This document shows positions 17,824 to 32,164 of a DNA stretch of 64,000 nt, one piece after another; within the stretch, counting starts at the first letter, position 1; the number at the start of each line of letters is the position of its first letter. The stretch is from Azolla caroliniana (lineage: Eukaryota > Plantae > Polypodiophyta): contig JBHGNT010000013.1 of the NCBI GenBank assembly GCA_043228905.1, positions 19,840,001 to 19,904,000 of the forward strand, given 5' to 3'. Position numbers and translations under genes: made by a program. The notes beneath the pieces were generated by a model that made no database searches, had not been told where the DNA came from, and saw only the letters and a program-made list of their open reading frames with translations.

Positions 17824-20800
17824 TTGCAAGCGAAACAAGTTGTTTTCGGTTTGCCGAAGTTAAGCGGTCGGAAGGCCCAAGTATGTGAAGCCTGCCAACT
17901 CATGAAGCAACACCGGCTTCCATTCCCTACCGAACGTAACCGGAGCTGTAACAAGCTCGACCTTATCCATTCAGATTTGTGGGGACCGACACAAAATGTT
18001 AGTCTTGGCGGGAGTCGATATTTCGTCTCCTTCATCGACGACTATACGCGGCACACATGGATCTACCTCATTGAGCGGAAGAGTGAAGTCTTCGAGTGTT
18101 TCCGGAGTCTCCAAAGCATGGTGGAACGGGAATCGGAGAGGAGGATCAAATGCCTACGGTCGGATGGTAGAAAAGAATACTTTTCCAGCCAATTCAACAG
18201 TTATCTGCAACAAAAGGGAATTCGGCGAGAGTTCAGTTGTAGATACACGCCGCAACAGAATGGTGTTGCCGAGAGGAAGAACCGGTCACTTATTGATGCG
18301 GCAAGGGCAATGCTGGAGGAGAAGAGCATGCCCAAATTCTATTGGGCGGAGGCAATCCGAACGGCTATCTACTACATCCAGAACCGGATCGGTGACAAGG
18401 TGTCAGCTCATGAGCTGTATTTCGGACGCAAGCCAAATTTAAGACACCTTAAGATCTTCAGCAGCATTGCATATGTGCATGTACCGGATGAGAAGCGGAG
18501 GAAGCTAGATACAAAATCGGAAAAATGCATCCTAATCGGCTATGCTCAAGAGCAAAAGGGTTATAAGTGTTATAACCCCTAGACAAAGCTGGTCTGGGTT
18601 AGTCGAGATGTCGAGTTCGATGAATCGGCATCGTGGTACTCCTTACCGGCCCCGACTTCCGAATCCGACCCGATGCCGGAAGATGAGGCTAGTGAGCCTG
18701 AACCGACCTAGGTAGATGATGATGAAGCGTGGACTCAGGATGAGAGTCCAGAATCGTTTCGGTTGAGCGGGCCGAATAAAAAGACTGAGTCAATCTGACC
18801 AGTCCGATGAGGAACCGACGAGTTGTGGAGACTCTGTCGTGCTCTCCTCGCGCAAGGAACAGAGGAGACGGTTCACGTGCAAAGAGAAGGGGAAGAAGAA
18901 GATGCCAGAATTCGAAACCGGCAACGATGAGTCGGATCGGTGTGCATCCGACTCCGGCAAGAACAAAGGTGGATCTTCAGCAACGAAGGCCGAACCGGCC
19001 AAGAAAGGCCTTAAACCGGGTAACGGTGAGTACATGGTGCATCACTATGCGTACATGACTAAGGTGGCGGAAGTGCGTGAGCCGGAGAGCTACCTAAAAG
19101 CAACAAAGGACACCAATTGGCATGCCGCTATGGAGGAGGAAATGCGAGCACTTCATGTCAACAAGACATGGGACCTAGTTGACCCTCCCCGTCACTGTAA
19201 ACCGATCGGATGCAAGTGGGTGTACAAGGTAAAGTACAACGTCGATGGTTCAGTTAATCGGTACAAGGCCCGGTTAGTGGCGAAGGGATACGCGCAAACC
19301 CACGGAATCGACTACGACGAGGGCTTCGCTCCTGTAGCTAAGATGACGACGGTTCGTGTGGTGTTGGCGGTTGCTGCAGAAAGAGGGTGGCATCTTCACT
19401 AGATGGATGTGAAGAATGCGTTTCTTTAGGGTGATCTTGAAGAAGAAGTCTTTATGACTCCGCCCCCCGGTTTTTCAATCGGAGATGAACAAGTCGGCGG
19501 TATGCCGACTGAAGAAGTTGTTGTACGGCCTGAAGCAAGCCCCTCGAGCTTGGAATGCGAAGATCACGCACCAGTTGCGTAAGATGGGGTTTGCGGCCTC
19601 CAAGTCCAACTCTTCGTTGTTCATCCGGCAAGGCTCAGCCAATCCAGTATGTATCTTGTTGTATGTTGATGATTTAGTCATCACCGGACCGGGTCTTCCA
19701 GAAGTCAACCGCGTCAAGTTCCAGTTGTCGGACACATTTGAGATGAAGGACCTGGGGGACCTTCATTATTTTCTTGGGATCGAGGTGATCCGAACCCCCG
19801 ACGGCATATTGCTCTCACAACGACATTACGTCTTGAATATGTTGTACAAGTTCGGCATGACAGAATGCCGACCTGTCTCCACACCCTTGGACCGGAACCA
19901 TAAGCTTCGTCCCAACTCCAGACCAGCCTGCAACGAGAAACGGTTCTGACAAATTGTCAGAAGCCTTATTTACTTGACTATCACGCGACCCGACATCAGC
20001 TATCTGGTCCGAATGATAAGTCAGTTCATGCAGAAGCCGACCATGGAGCACCTTCAGTGCGCGCAGCGGATACTGCGATATGTAAGCGGCACGAAGGACC
20101 GGGGCCTGTTATATCGGCACGGTATACCCGAAGAGCTGGTCGGTTACACAGATGCCGATTGGGCCGGCGATGCTTCAGATCGCCGATCAACCTCTGGTTA
20201 CATGTTTTCCCTAGGTAGCGCGGTTGTTGCATGGAGCAGCAAAAAGCAGCCGACAGTTGATCTGTCGAGCACTGAGGCTAAGTATCGAGGCGCTACCATT
20301 GCCATCTGTGAAGCCATTTGGTTTCGGCGACTGCTCCAAGACCTACGGATCGAGGTACCGACCCCGATTCTGGTCTACTGCAACAACGTAAGAAGCATGC
20401 AACTCGCTAAGAACCCCGTATTCCATGCTCGCACAAAGCACATAGAAGTGCACTATCACTTCGTGCGTGAGCGTGTCCTGAGCGGTGAGGTCGAACTTCG
20501 GTATGTTCACATGTATCGGCAAGTTGCCAACATCTTCACCAAACCACTCGGATCGGACAAGTTGCAGCACTTCACCGAAATGCTTGGTGTTCAGCATCTC
20601 GACGTGCCACACTTGAGGGGGAGAACGGGCAAAGGCAAAGAGACTGCCGATTGCGCCAGTGAGGGAAAAACCGACGAAGGGAGAGTTAAGAAGAAGAAAG
20701 GAGCTGAGTTGACAAGGGAAGTTTACACGTCCGAACAAGTTGGAACAAGCGGCAACGGCGGCAGAGTCAAGAAGGACAGAGCCGACCGAAGGAAGAAGGC

Positions 20801-21628
20801 CAAGACCCAGACATGGTCCGATGTGGTGAAGGGCTTGGAACCAGAAGACGAATCGGGAGCAACCGATTCGGACAAGAGCTGGAACGAATCGGAGACCGTC
20901 AATTCGGTTCAACAAACAGATTCGGAAGAACCGGATCAATTCAAGGCCAAGCAGACACGGATGCAACGGAAGTCGATGCCATCGCAGAGGAACCGACGGA
21001 TCGGCAAGCGCCGGAGTCATAGCAGTGAAGGAGCTGAGAGGGGCCTATTGAGCAGACATACCGACCGAGAAGGTCGAGGCGTGCAAAACAAGAGGGGTCA
21101 CGGCAAACAGGAGCGCGAGCAAGGCGGAGTGACGCGAGGAGAAGTTGGTTGGGAGAACCGATTGCCACAGAGGCTGACACTAGGATCTAACCTCAAGTTG
21201 AGCTTGAGGGGGAGTGTTGAGCGGCAGGCTCAAATGGAGCCGGATTGGCTGAATAAGCCTGAGCCGGCAAGCGAGAAAGATCGGTAAGCCGTGAGCAACC
21301 AAGCCGGCAAGCAACAGAGTTGGTGAGCTAGGGAGCCAGTTAGCCGGATCCAATCGGTAACCGGAAGCCTAGTACTAGTTTAGACTACTAGGCAGTTATA
21401 GTCTCGTAGTAAGTGTGAGATGCTCGTGTGAGCATTGAAGTACACGGTACTTCTGTCAGTCCTACGAGGACTTGTATAAATAGTGCTACTGAGCACAGTT
21501 GTAAATGACAGAGTGTCTATATTGTTTTGAATATAGCTTTTACATTTTGCTCTCTTTGTCTCTCCCGTGTACTCTGTGTATTCTCTACCTTATTTGTTTT
21601 CTAACGCTTCCGCAAGTAATCGTTTACA
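17824..21628 (+). mobile_element. 3' part of a degenerate Ty1/copia element (GAG-pre-integrase end, IN, RT, RNase H, 3' LTR)
   Basis: CEACQL, IHSDLWGP, TPQQNGVAERKNR, YKARLVAKG, LYVDD, YTDADWAG and TKHIEVHYHFVRE, with several stops/frameshifts. PPT TTGAGGGGGAG precedes the LTR. The element starts abruptly inside pol. Confidence 0.92.
21215..21628 (+). repeat. 3' LTR of copia element
   Basis: TGTTGAGC...TTTACA directly after the PPT; related to the LTR at 22943-23387. Confidence 0.8.
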
Positions 21629-21845
21629 ACTAGGTTAGTTAAAACTTGACCTCGGTTAGTTACATATAGTTATAATGTAAATATTTATATATATTTATTT
21701 AATGTGATTTTTTTTTAATTATATTTTTATGTTTATAGGTATGTGTTTAGCTTCAATCATTTGTTATATGCTCTCTTATATTGTACAAGAGCATCTCATT
21801 TGAACAATAGTGAATCGTTTGACAATATCTTCAAAGTTTGAGAGA

Positions 21846-22942
21846 ATGAGCCAAAACTCACCATTTTTAGTGGATGAATATCCTATTTCGATAGGATCAC
21901 CTTTTTCTGTCGAAGAATGTTGCGCGTGGACACCAAATACTCAATCACCATCAACTATCGCTCTAAGTCATGAGTTCTTGATTGATGAGTACAATTACAA
22001 TGAGGATCTAACCTATGAAGAGAATGACAATCAAGCTGCCACAAGTGTTGCTGGTGTTGCACATTCCGAAGTAAGTGAACAAAAGTAGCCAACAAATGTG
22101 TGTGTAGAAGAAATCCAGTCGGCAAGACCTATGCATTTTACGAGGGTTCCACGTCGAAACAACTGAGATAGGTTTTCCCTTGTGACATTTGAGAACCAAC
22201 TCAAAGTAGATATCGTCAAAGATTTTTGTGCACGTGGGTGCATGTATGCTATTGGAAAGGATAAGTTACGGTCATTAAGGCGATACTATTTCTCACTCAC
22301 TGGTGATGAGCAAGACACTTATCTTGCAACGAAGATGCAAATGGTGAAGGACATATTATCTGACATTAAGATCTCATTTGAGTATTATATCTTCTATGGA
22401 CTACAATGTTGTAGAGTGGCATTCAAGATTTCCTTATGTGTTAGCAACATGAGATTACATAGAGTGCAACAACGAGTTCTCAATGGTGATCTCAGTGTCA
22501 ATGGTGATGAAGTTCCAAGTATGAAGGGGTGCATTTGGAAGAAACGCAATCTGTTGGATGAAGAACTACTTCAACCTTAATTGTGAAGTAATGCCAACTA
22601 CCGATAGGTTGCATCTTTCAAATAATTACACACAACGAGAAGTGTATGATGCCTACAGATCAATATGTTGACGTCAAGTGATAAATATGTCACCTACAAT
22701 CAGTTCACAAGATTGTGGGCAACACAATTCACTAACGTTTTCATACCTCAGAAAGTACACATGGGGTATTTTTCTATTTGTGCAAACCTCAAGAGCATGA
22801 CTAAAGGTGCTAAAACAACAAAGGAGAAGGACAGATCAATAAACCATTGTTATAGGACCATCGAGAAGTGCAAGCACTGGAGCGGAGAAAAGCAATGCAC
22901 CACAGAGAGAAGTCGTTGAAGAAACCGGAACAATATATATGT
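21846..22942 (+). pseudogene. Transposase C pseudogene, N-terminal part (close relative of transposase A)
   Basis: MSQNSPFLVDEY..SPFSVEEC, FCARGCMYAIGKDKLRSLRRYYFSLTGDEQDTYL and KPEQYIC, with stops/frameshifts. It is cut by a copia LTR at 22943. Confidence 0.85.
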
Positions 22943-25900
22943 TGTTGAGATACAAGCTCAACATTGGCTGGATTGGCTGTGCAAACCAAGAACCGGATCG
23001 GTTGGGGCCGATCGGTTAGGCCGGACCGGTGCGTAAAACGGGTGAGTAAACCGTTACGCAAACCGGTGCGTAACGAGAAGTTGTAGCGGTGCGTAAACCG
23101 CAAGGCCGTTGGGAAGATATTCCACGAAGGAATATATTTTGGGAGTTAGCGTAGAGCTCAATTATGAGCATTGAAGTACGTGTCAATACTTCTGTCAGTC
23201 CGTATGGACTTGTATAAAAGTTCTCACTGATCACATTCTATGTGCAAATTGAGTATTATTTTTGAATTCTAAGTTTTGTGTGTGTTCTCTCTGTCTCTCC
23301 CGCGTACTGTGTATATTCAAGCTCTCCATTAAACCTACCTATTTTTTGTGTTCGGTTTTCTATTGCTTCTGCACATAATCTTTTTCATGGTACCAGAGCG
23401 TGAGGGTTGAGAACCTCTACAACCGACATAGCTTGAAAAGAAAATTAACCAAGAAGAACAAAAAAAAACAAATGGATAGAGGCATGGCTAGCTCGCTTCC
23501 TACCGAGAAGCTCGGCAGGAACAACTATGCATCTTGGTCCTACAAGATGCACCAGTACCTGCTCGGGCACGGTTACAGGAGCTATGTCGACAGAGCAAAT
23601 GACACAACACCCGAATCGAAACACAGAGATTTCCCGGCGTAGGAACAGTCGGCGAGCAGAGTATTGTACTGCTTCGCGTCTTGTGTGGGCGAACAGCTCC
23701 TAAGCTACATTCGGGATGCAAAAACGCGGAAAGATGCTTGGGGAAATCTGAAGAAGATTTTCGCCGCAAGCACTACAGCCAGAAAGCTTCAACTCCGACG
23801 GGAGCTGAGCAACCTACGACAACGCGATTTGTCGGTGGTTGATTTTATCTCGAAGATCAAAGATATATGCGACTCCTTAGCCTCCATCGATATGAACGTC
23901 AAGGAAGGCGAGATGGTGCAGATCTGTCTCGGGGAACTGGCGTCGAAGTTCGGAGCCTTCCGAACAGTTGTGTGTACACAGGAGAATACGTCGTCATTTT
24001 TCGACTTACAGTCGATGCTCCTTATAGAGGAGAACCACGCGGGTGCGTCGACGAGCAGCGAATGTAGGTGAGGTTCCCCTGAGCCATGTCAGGCAGAAAG
24101 GGAAACTTATGAACGTTGTCGCGAAGATTCGCGCGTGCGTGTGCTACTCGAGCGACCACCGGGGTCTTGGACTGGGGAGGATGTTCGCATAATTATCGAA
24201 GAAATGACGATCAATGTAAGATTAGATGAAATTGGTTTACTTGAGAAGAAGAAAGATTGTACACTTGAGAAGTAGAAAAATATGAAGAAGATAAAGACAA
24301 ATATAATTATATTGATGATAGTGGTGTTGGTGATATCACATATTGAGCCCCCTTACACAAGCCCAACAAGAGGCTTTTATAGGTCTTTCCATGCTTGTGA
24401 CATGCACAAAACCATGGGCTAAAACCATGGTTTTGTGCACATGGTTTAGCTTATGTCATGCACAAACCATGGGTTTAGAACCATGGTTTTGTGCACATGG
24501 TTTTCTATGGTTGTTTCATCTATAATTCGTATATAAAAAGGAAATACATAAAATCTACACCATGTGATAGTTTTCCTAATGGTAAGGCAATCATTTTGTA
24601 TCTTAGAGGTGCAAGGTTCAAACCTTGCTTGCACCCCTTTGTATGAACTCAAGTGCCACTAGGCCTTAGGTTTATTTGCTAAGTGCATGTGCAATGTTGC
24701 ACATCCTTGGTTTATTCGTCTCACTCGGTTTCACACCGTAGCCGAAAATCGTCACGACAACGTGTTACACGTCTCAACCATAGCTTGACACATGCATGAT
24801 ATTCGTCATATTCTCCATGCGTGATATTCTCAATATTCGAGAATACAAAATGGCCCTAAGAATATTTAAAAACCATTCGTTTTGTAAAATAAATATACAA
24901 ACAATTTATTTATTTATTTATTTAAAAATAAATAAATTTAATTCACTAAAAAAAAAGAACAATTATTCATTAATAAATTATAAAAATATGATTAGTATAA
25001 ACTCTCCTTTCTAGTGTCAAATAAAAAAAGAGGAGAGTTTATGAACCTTTATTTTATTTAAATAATTGATTTTTTTATTTTAAAAAAATGAATATTTTTA
25101 TATTTACTATGAAAACATGATTAATGTGAAGTCTCAATTTTAATGTTAGGTAAAAATATCCATAAATTTTGGGAAAAGAAAAGGTGAAGAATTAATGAAC
25201 CTTTATTTTATTTATTTATTTATTAAAAAATAAAGTGAAAATTTATTTTATTTTATTTATTTATTTAGTAAAGAATCAAGATCTCCAATGAAAATTTATT
25301 ACTGTCAAGTCTCTCTCAAAACTCTATTTTATTATCCCCTTTTTATTGTCAAGTCCCCCTTTTTTTCCTAAGAAACTAAAAGGAGGGAGTTCATCTCCTT
25401 TTCTTTCCTTTTTTTCCTTTTTTTCTTTAAACGAATACTTGACCACACAAATGTATGCGTATTCATTTGCATTCGAATGGAAAATCCCACAAATGCGAAT
25501 ATGTCAATCTATGGTCCCGACAATCACGAAGAATCTGGTGTCAGTCGGGCAGATCGTGGGCCAGGGGATGCAAGTCCAGTTCACGCATCTCTGGTGCTTC
25601 ATCGAAGAAGAAGGCCGAGTTATTGCGCAAGGGCATAGAGACGGGAGGATGTTTATCCTCGACTCTAGTGATGGTGGCACCGCAATGTTCGCGAAAGGAC
25701 AAAAAGTCGAGTTGGATATCGACTTATGGCACAAGCGGATAGGCCACGTCAACTATCCGCGTCTTCAGGACCTGCAATCGAAAGAGGTAGTGTTCAAATC
25801 GCCCAAATTTAGTGGCCGAAAGGTGCAAATTTGTGAAGCCTGCCAACTAGGGAAGCAACACCAACTTCCTTTCCCTAACGAGCGTAACCGGAGCCGGAAC

Positions 25901-26426
25901 AAGCTCGACTTGATACATTCTACTGTATGGGGGCTAGCACAAAACGTTAGTCTTGGCGGGAGTCGATATTTTGTCTCCTTCATCGACGACTATACGCAGC
26001 ACACTTGGATCTACCTCATCGAGAAGAAGAGTGAAGTCTTCGACTGTTTCCGGGACCTCAAAGGGTTCGTGGAAATCGAAACAGGACGAAAGATCAAGTG
26101 CTTGCAGTCGGATGGCGGAAAAGAATACTTTTCCGGTCAATTCAACGACTATCTGCAACAAATGGGAATTCGGCGCGAATTCAATTGTAGATACATGCCA
26201 AAGCAAAACAGCGTGGCCGAGAGGAAGAACCGGTCAATTGTAGAAGCGGCAAGGGCAATGCTGGAGGAGAAGAGCTTGCACCCAAGTTCTATTGGGCTGA
26301 GTCGGTACGAACCGTAGTATACATCCAAAATCGGATTGGAGACAAAGTGTCAGCGCATGGCAGTATTTCAAAAGGAAGCCGAATCTACGACACTTGAGAG
26401 TTTTCGGTAGCATTGCGTATGTTCAT
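22943..26426 (+). mobile_element. 5' part of a second degenerate Ty1/copia element (5' LTR 22943-23387, PBS 23388-23399, gag, IN), interrupted and 3'-deleted
   Basis: TGTTGAG...TTTCA LTR, TGGTACCAGAGC (tRNA-iMet-type PBS), gag NNYASWSYKM and LWHKRIGH..CEACQLGKQ..IDDYT..VAERKNR. Unrelated sequence occupies about 24060-25510. Confidence 0.88.
24087..24759 (-). repeat. LTR-like insertion in opposite orientation within copia element
   Basis: TGTC...GACA ends, minus-strand CCTATAAAAG near 24375, and TGG following the minus-strand end. Internal AAACCATGG palindromic repeats at 24405-24505. Confidence 0.4.
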
Positions 26427-27374
26427 TTCTTGCTTCATATGTCATTTGTAACTACTGATCATGGTGCAAAACAAATGCCGATTGAAACTAAAAAGGAAAT
26501 GCACAATGACTTGGTAGATGAACAAAGGAACTTTTGTATGCAAGCCTTACAGGACAAAAGGAAGCACATTGATAATGCAAAGAAGTATGTTGGACCACAA
26601 GATACCTCATGGTAGGACATGTTCTTTAGTGATCAACAAGGAATTACTAATAATTCCTTCGCTGGTATTTGGTCCTTGCAAATACCATTTACGTGGTTAG
26701 TGTAACACACACCTAATTCTCAAACTTCACCTCGTGCAACTAATGTGGATCTTGACAAGTTGCGCCATCCATAACAAAGAGACATCTATGTGGGATCGAG
26801 GATGACAAAAGCAGCAGAAGCTTGTTGGCAAGGAAACACACAAGAAATAAAGGTTGGGATGTTAATTACCACATCTGTCGATGACAATGACATGGGGCAC
26901 CAATTCTGGATTGGTAAAGTATTGGACATGGTGATGCATGAAAACCAAAATTAGGTAAAGTCTACAAAGGTGCATTGGTACAACACTAAAAGCAAGAATG
27001 CATTTACAAGCACGTATACATTGGAGATGATGGAATGCTCAACATCAAGAGGAAATAGAAAGCGGAAAAGAAATAGTCATAACACATCGACCATTGGCAT
27101 GCTAGATGTGGATATCATTGTGTATGACTTTACACTAACAAAAGTTGGACATTTAAGGAAGTCAACAATAGACATAATAAAAGAGAAATTGCCAAGTCTA
27201 CAAGGCTTCTCATATCGAAGGCAGACCAAATCTTCGACACATGATTTGGAGTCACAACATTTGTTTTTAGATGAAGGCAATGCTTTGATTGGTACATCTG
27301 ATGGGGAGGAGGATGAATCATCATTGTATACTAGGCTCTATAGTAGTGATTCTTATGGGAGGAATAACACTTGA
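26427..27374 (+). pseudogene. Transposase C pseudogene, C-terminal part
   Basis: FLLHM..HGAKQMPIE..AKKYVGPQDTSW..RDIYVG..WQGN..FWIGKV..HWYNTKSKNAFT..YDFTLTK, homologous to the C-termini of transposases A and B; in-frame stops. Confidence 0.85.
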
Positions 27375-27694
27375 TTGTATTTTTTGGGCATGAACGGTTA
27401 ACAATATAAGCTTGTAAGAAGTTAAATGATACAAAGCTTAATTGTTTTTAAATCAATCGCTCATTGTGAATATTGTTTGTTATAAAAAACATGAGTTGTT
27501 ATTTGTACGATAAAAAACATGTTGTAAAATTCTTCCATTTGCTTAATTTTGTGAATTTTCAATTTTATGACATGGTGATATTTGAAGCTTTTCCATTGAG
27601 TCTTTGGGCACATGTGATACAGGTATCACAATTTTTTTGAGATGGTTAAAAAAACCCTGAAATCTAATGGAATATTCCCCATCCTTCCAATTAC

Positions 27695-27726
27695 GCGCAA
27701 TCCTTCCACTTTTGAACGCGAACATG
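27695..27726. repeat. Putative terminal inverted repeat (end of element 3)
   Basis: GCGCAATCCTTCCACTTTTGAACGCGAACATG|TT, about 320 bp after the transposase C stop; matches 14283-14314. Confidence 0.65.
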
Positions 27727-30700
27727 TTGAAATCAAAAGTAGGGAGTGATAGAATTTTGAAGACAAAAAATGATGAGATTGTGAAATTGATGGTGGTTGT
27801 GGTGTAGATGTTCTGAGTAAGGAATTATTCAGCCAAATTAGAAGAGAGATTAGAAAGTCATAGAACTTTCTAACTTATTTGATGGGAGGATCATATTAGG
27901 GTTCTTTAAATGTAGAAAAACAAGGTGTAACTTAATGATATTTTGGAGGTGACAAGAGTCTTTAACTTTGATTCTATAATCATTCAAGTTGTGGAGTTGA
28001 AAGTTGCTAACACGATATTGTTGGCATTGATCAAATATTGTTTATAGATTATGCCCTTGATGATGTTATAAAAATGAGCCTTTGTGTTTTTATAATGATG
28101 TTACTCTTGAAAGTTGTTGATGGGAAAGATTAGAAAAGAGTTAGAGGGTGTTTTCAAATATGAGACCATTGTCATAACCAATTGCCATTTCCCTACGAGT
28201 AGTAGTAGGTGACAATCATCAACCGAGTTTGTACCCTCCATCCAATGCAAGTAACTCATGCTAATATACGTATGAGTAAGAGATGTAACCATTGACCTTC
28301 ATGTAGAACATTAGAATGGGCCCTTATCTCCCTTTCAAGGAAAAAGCATCATGTTGTAGCCTTTGGGAAGATTAGTTATCTGGTTTGTAGTTACCATGTT
28401 TACAAGACTTCGATATTGGAGGGTTTCTAGTGACATGTCAACATACATACTAGAAACACACGACATTGACCCGATGAGGGACGATTATACATTTATGCAT
28501 ATTAGCATACCTTTGATCTCTCTCCGCATGCTCTCTTCTTGACTTTTGGTGGGTCTCCGAGATTTGGATTTCATGTGAAGTAGTCCTCCACAGTTTCACC
28601 CTAATCCAATCCCTTGAAATATTTCTTGCTTATTCACAATGTGTATTTGCAAGGGCAACATGAATTAGTAAAATTCTTGAACCTCAATTATTGCTAATAA
28701 CCTCCACACACACACTATGTGATAACGCAATGGTCATTGGTGATCATAAAATATATCCATCTATCGATATATACCAATTCACAAAGATTAACATGAGGGG
28801 CATCCAGAGGTACTCCTAAAGGATATCATTGCAATGTTTGCATGTGACTATACCTAAAGGACAAGATTTAAAAACAAAAGAACAAAGATTCATATAAGAG
28901 ATATTGAAAGCATGGAAAAAGGGGTTTCTTTGTACAAAAGGTCAATGTCATGCTTGTAAAGGAAAATGAAGGAGGGGTATCTTGTACAAAAGGCACACAT
29001 ATGAAAAGAATATTATGAAATCATTACATGATATTCATACAAGAAAGTAGACAAATATCACAATTCCCTACTTATTTACTAAGAAAACAAACCACACCAC
29101 GGTCCACATATATATATGTATAAGAAAACTAAAAACAAGGAGGTTTGATTTAGAATGTAAAAAATGGTCATTGTGGAAATAAGGTGGTTCTCACAAATAT
29201 CTAGTAACAATTCCCAAAATTTCAGGCTTCATCATTAAACTTGGGTATTTTGTAACTTGTCCTTGAGTCCTTGGAATGTCACCCAGTCCACTATAACATA
29301 TTATAATACTTACTGTAGTTAGTATTGAAAAGTAACACTTGAGAGAGAAAATACCCTTTTGCAAATGTGTCATATATTTTGTATTCATGAATCATAAGAT
29401 ATAAAAGTGCCATTTTCTATGCAAATGGACTTTTTATGACAATAAGGATCATGGGCCTTGGTCCCTACAACGATTCTATCAATTTGCAAAGACCATGTTG
29501 AAGTCATAGATCTAGTGGCAACTTGAAGTTATATCCAATATTTTTAGGATCACAGCCATTATTGGACTAATTAAATTTGAAGAGAGAAATTTGTAAGAGT
29601 AGATCTAACATTTACTTTCAAATAAGTACTTTTCACTACCATCTTGCTTCATCTAAATGTGTTAATTGCTACTTTCAATGGAAAAGACACATCTTTATAA
29701 TAAAATCTACATTTGATGCCATTATCTAAATGTCTTACATGGTAAATATCAAGCTGTTTTTTAGATGATTTTTAATTCTTACCTTTCAGCGATCCAATAA
29801 CGTAAAAGTTCATCTTTGTACATAATAAAATGATAGACTTTAATCCTTATTGAATACTTAAGATATTCGTTTATCACTTAGCCGAAGGTAGGGCCTTATT
29901 TTGAATGCTTCAAAAACTAGATGAAAATTTTGTAGAGATATACAATGTATATATTTTCTACCTTGCAAAAGTTGTAACCGGTGCACAATGTCATTAAACC
30001 TTTCTTCGTACGCATGCCCATGTTTGCAAGCTATGGGACACGATTATATTAGGTATGATCCTACCCTAACAAGAGGGATAGGGGAGACAATTAGCCATTT
30101 GATAGAACATGATCTTAAAATATGGATTCCACGTGCACTTTCATCCAATCTTGATTATCTTGAAGACATAAACCAAGCACAAAACCTTTATATTTGGGAT
30201 AAATGTCTTGAAGAATTTGTCAATTACCGTCCCAATGAAATCGTACAATGTTTTATTTCATGAACTAAATATACGTAGATATGGTATGTGTGTTTTGCAT
30301 CTCGCGGACGAAGCATCTAGTTGCACATATGACACATTTGGCATATGCATGATTGGATGCAAAAACAATACTAAGCTTCTTTTTTATCGTTATTAAAAAG
30401 AAACTCTATTATCACATGCCATTTCCCATTAGGTTATACAAGGCTTATAAATCAACAAGACATATGCACCATTAGAGAGATAACATAAACATGTTTACAG
30501 TAGTAGTTTCAATGAAACTACCTTTTACTTTACATGTAAAGACCTTAGATTTGATTTCACCTTTGAAAAGTTTAAATACCTCCATGGAGCGTGAACTAGG
30601 AGTTTCCTAGGCAACATGTCCAACACATTCCCCATGGAAATGCATAATTGGCACATGATAAATCAACCCATAATAATCACAATTGTGGACTATATACACA

Positions 30701-31492
30701 AAAATCTATCTATTGAAGCATCATGTTTGTGTAACCAAAGTTTCACATCAAGGATCATGCCAAATAGAGGAGGGTCTTTTGCATATTTATGCTTCTTAAA
30801 CAAACAACGACACTAATAACGCTTATAATTAGAAGAGAATTGCCACTCATGGACTTTTAAGGGTGGGTAGTGAGCTTACTCTCATATGATGGGAAATGGA
30901 TTTCATGTTCCTACCAAATACTAAATTTGGCAAAAAAAGTATATATCCTCAAGAGCAAGCAAGTCGAGAGTGACCTTTTTCTTCCGCATAGGTCAAAATC
31001 AACTAAAACAAACGAGTCAATACCAACAACGCCACATGGAAAGTGTTGTGTTTTCCAATGGAGTCATAGGAATATTTTTCTTTTTTAATCAATACATCAT
31101 TATTTCTGTGGATTGTTCACATTGGAGAAGTGAAGGAGCGAGCATATTCTCGAAGTCCTTCCTTTTTTTCTTCCCCTTTCGAGAGAGTAGCAATCCATGT
31201 TGGGGACACAAAGTGCACTTGTTCAAGCACATGGCGGTGAATTGGTTGGGCTGGTTGACTGGTTAGGAATAAGTGCAAAGAAAGAGGGAACCAAGGAGTA
31301 GAAACACATTAAAAGCTTACTACTGTTTTGCTCGCTTGTTTCTCTGGAGAAAATGTGTGGAAAGTTTTCATGGTTTCATGTTGTGGAGGAAGAAGAGATG
31401 GAGACAAAGTTCTAGAATGACGGCTGAGCAAAAGCACCACAATCACAAGTCTATATTATGCATGCATGCATGCATGCATGTATCATTGTATG

Positions 31493-31950
31493 TAACAATT
31501 GGCAACGGTTCAAGAGGGTCAAAACCGAACCATTAAAATTTTTTGAAACTTGAACCGAACCACGAAATTGTTAAACCAAGCCATAAAATTTTTTCAAACC
31601 GTTAAGCCATTAAAATGATAAGATCGCGGTTTCGTGGTTCAGTTTCCAGCTTAGGTCAAAATTCAAAATTTAAATTTTAAAAATTTAGAATATTTCATTA
31701 TTTTAATTAAATTTTTTTTTTCCAAAATGTGAGAATAAGGCATGAAATTGAAAAGATTGTTTAAACATAGATTTTTATTTTATTTTTTAATTTAGAAAAA
31801 AACCCATTAAACCGTTTAAACCGCGCGGTTTCAAACTGTTGAAACCGAACCGAACCGTTAAAAAACCCGAACATGGAGAGAACCGTTTAAACTGTTAAGC
31901 TGCGGTTTCTCGGTTCGGTTCGGTTCAAACCGAACCGTTGCCGATTGTTA
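31493..31950. mobile_element. MITE-like non-autonomous DNA element with AACCG/CGGTT subterminal repeats
   Basis: 19-bp TIR TAACAATTGGCAACGGTTC / GAACCGTTGCCGATTGTTA (1 mismatch) and an AT-rich core. No clear TSD. Confidence 0.65.
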
Positions 31951-32164
31951 ATTGTTAATTGTATCCTGTATGTATGTATGTATGGTGGTAATAGTAGTCA
32001 TAGTAAAATGAAATTCTTGAAAGAAGTTAAAAAAAGATACACAGTAAAGCCCACTCACCCACCACTTCCTTATGCTCTGTTTTTAGTCTATCTGTTTTTG
32101 GCTTTCTTTTATCTCCTCTTCCTCTTCTCTGGTTTCTGTTGTCTCTGAGAAGAAGAAGAAGAAG

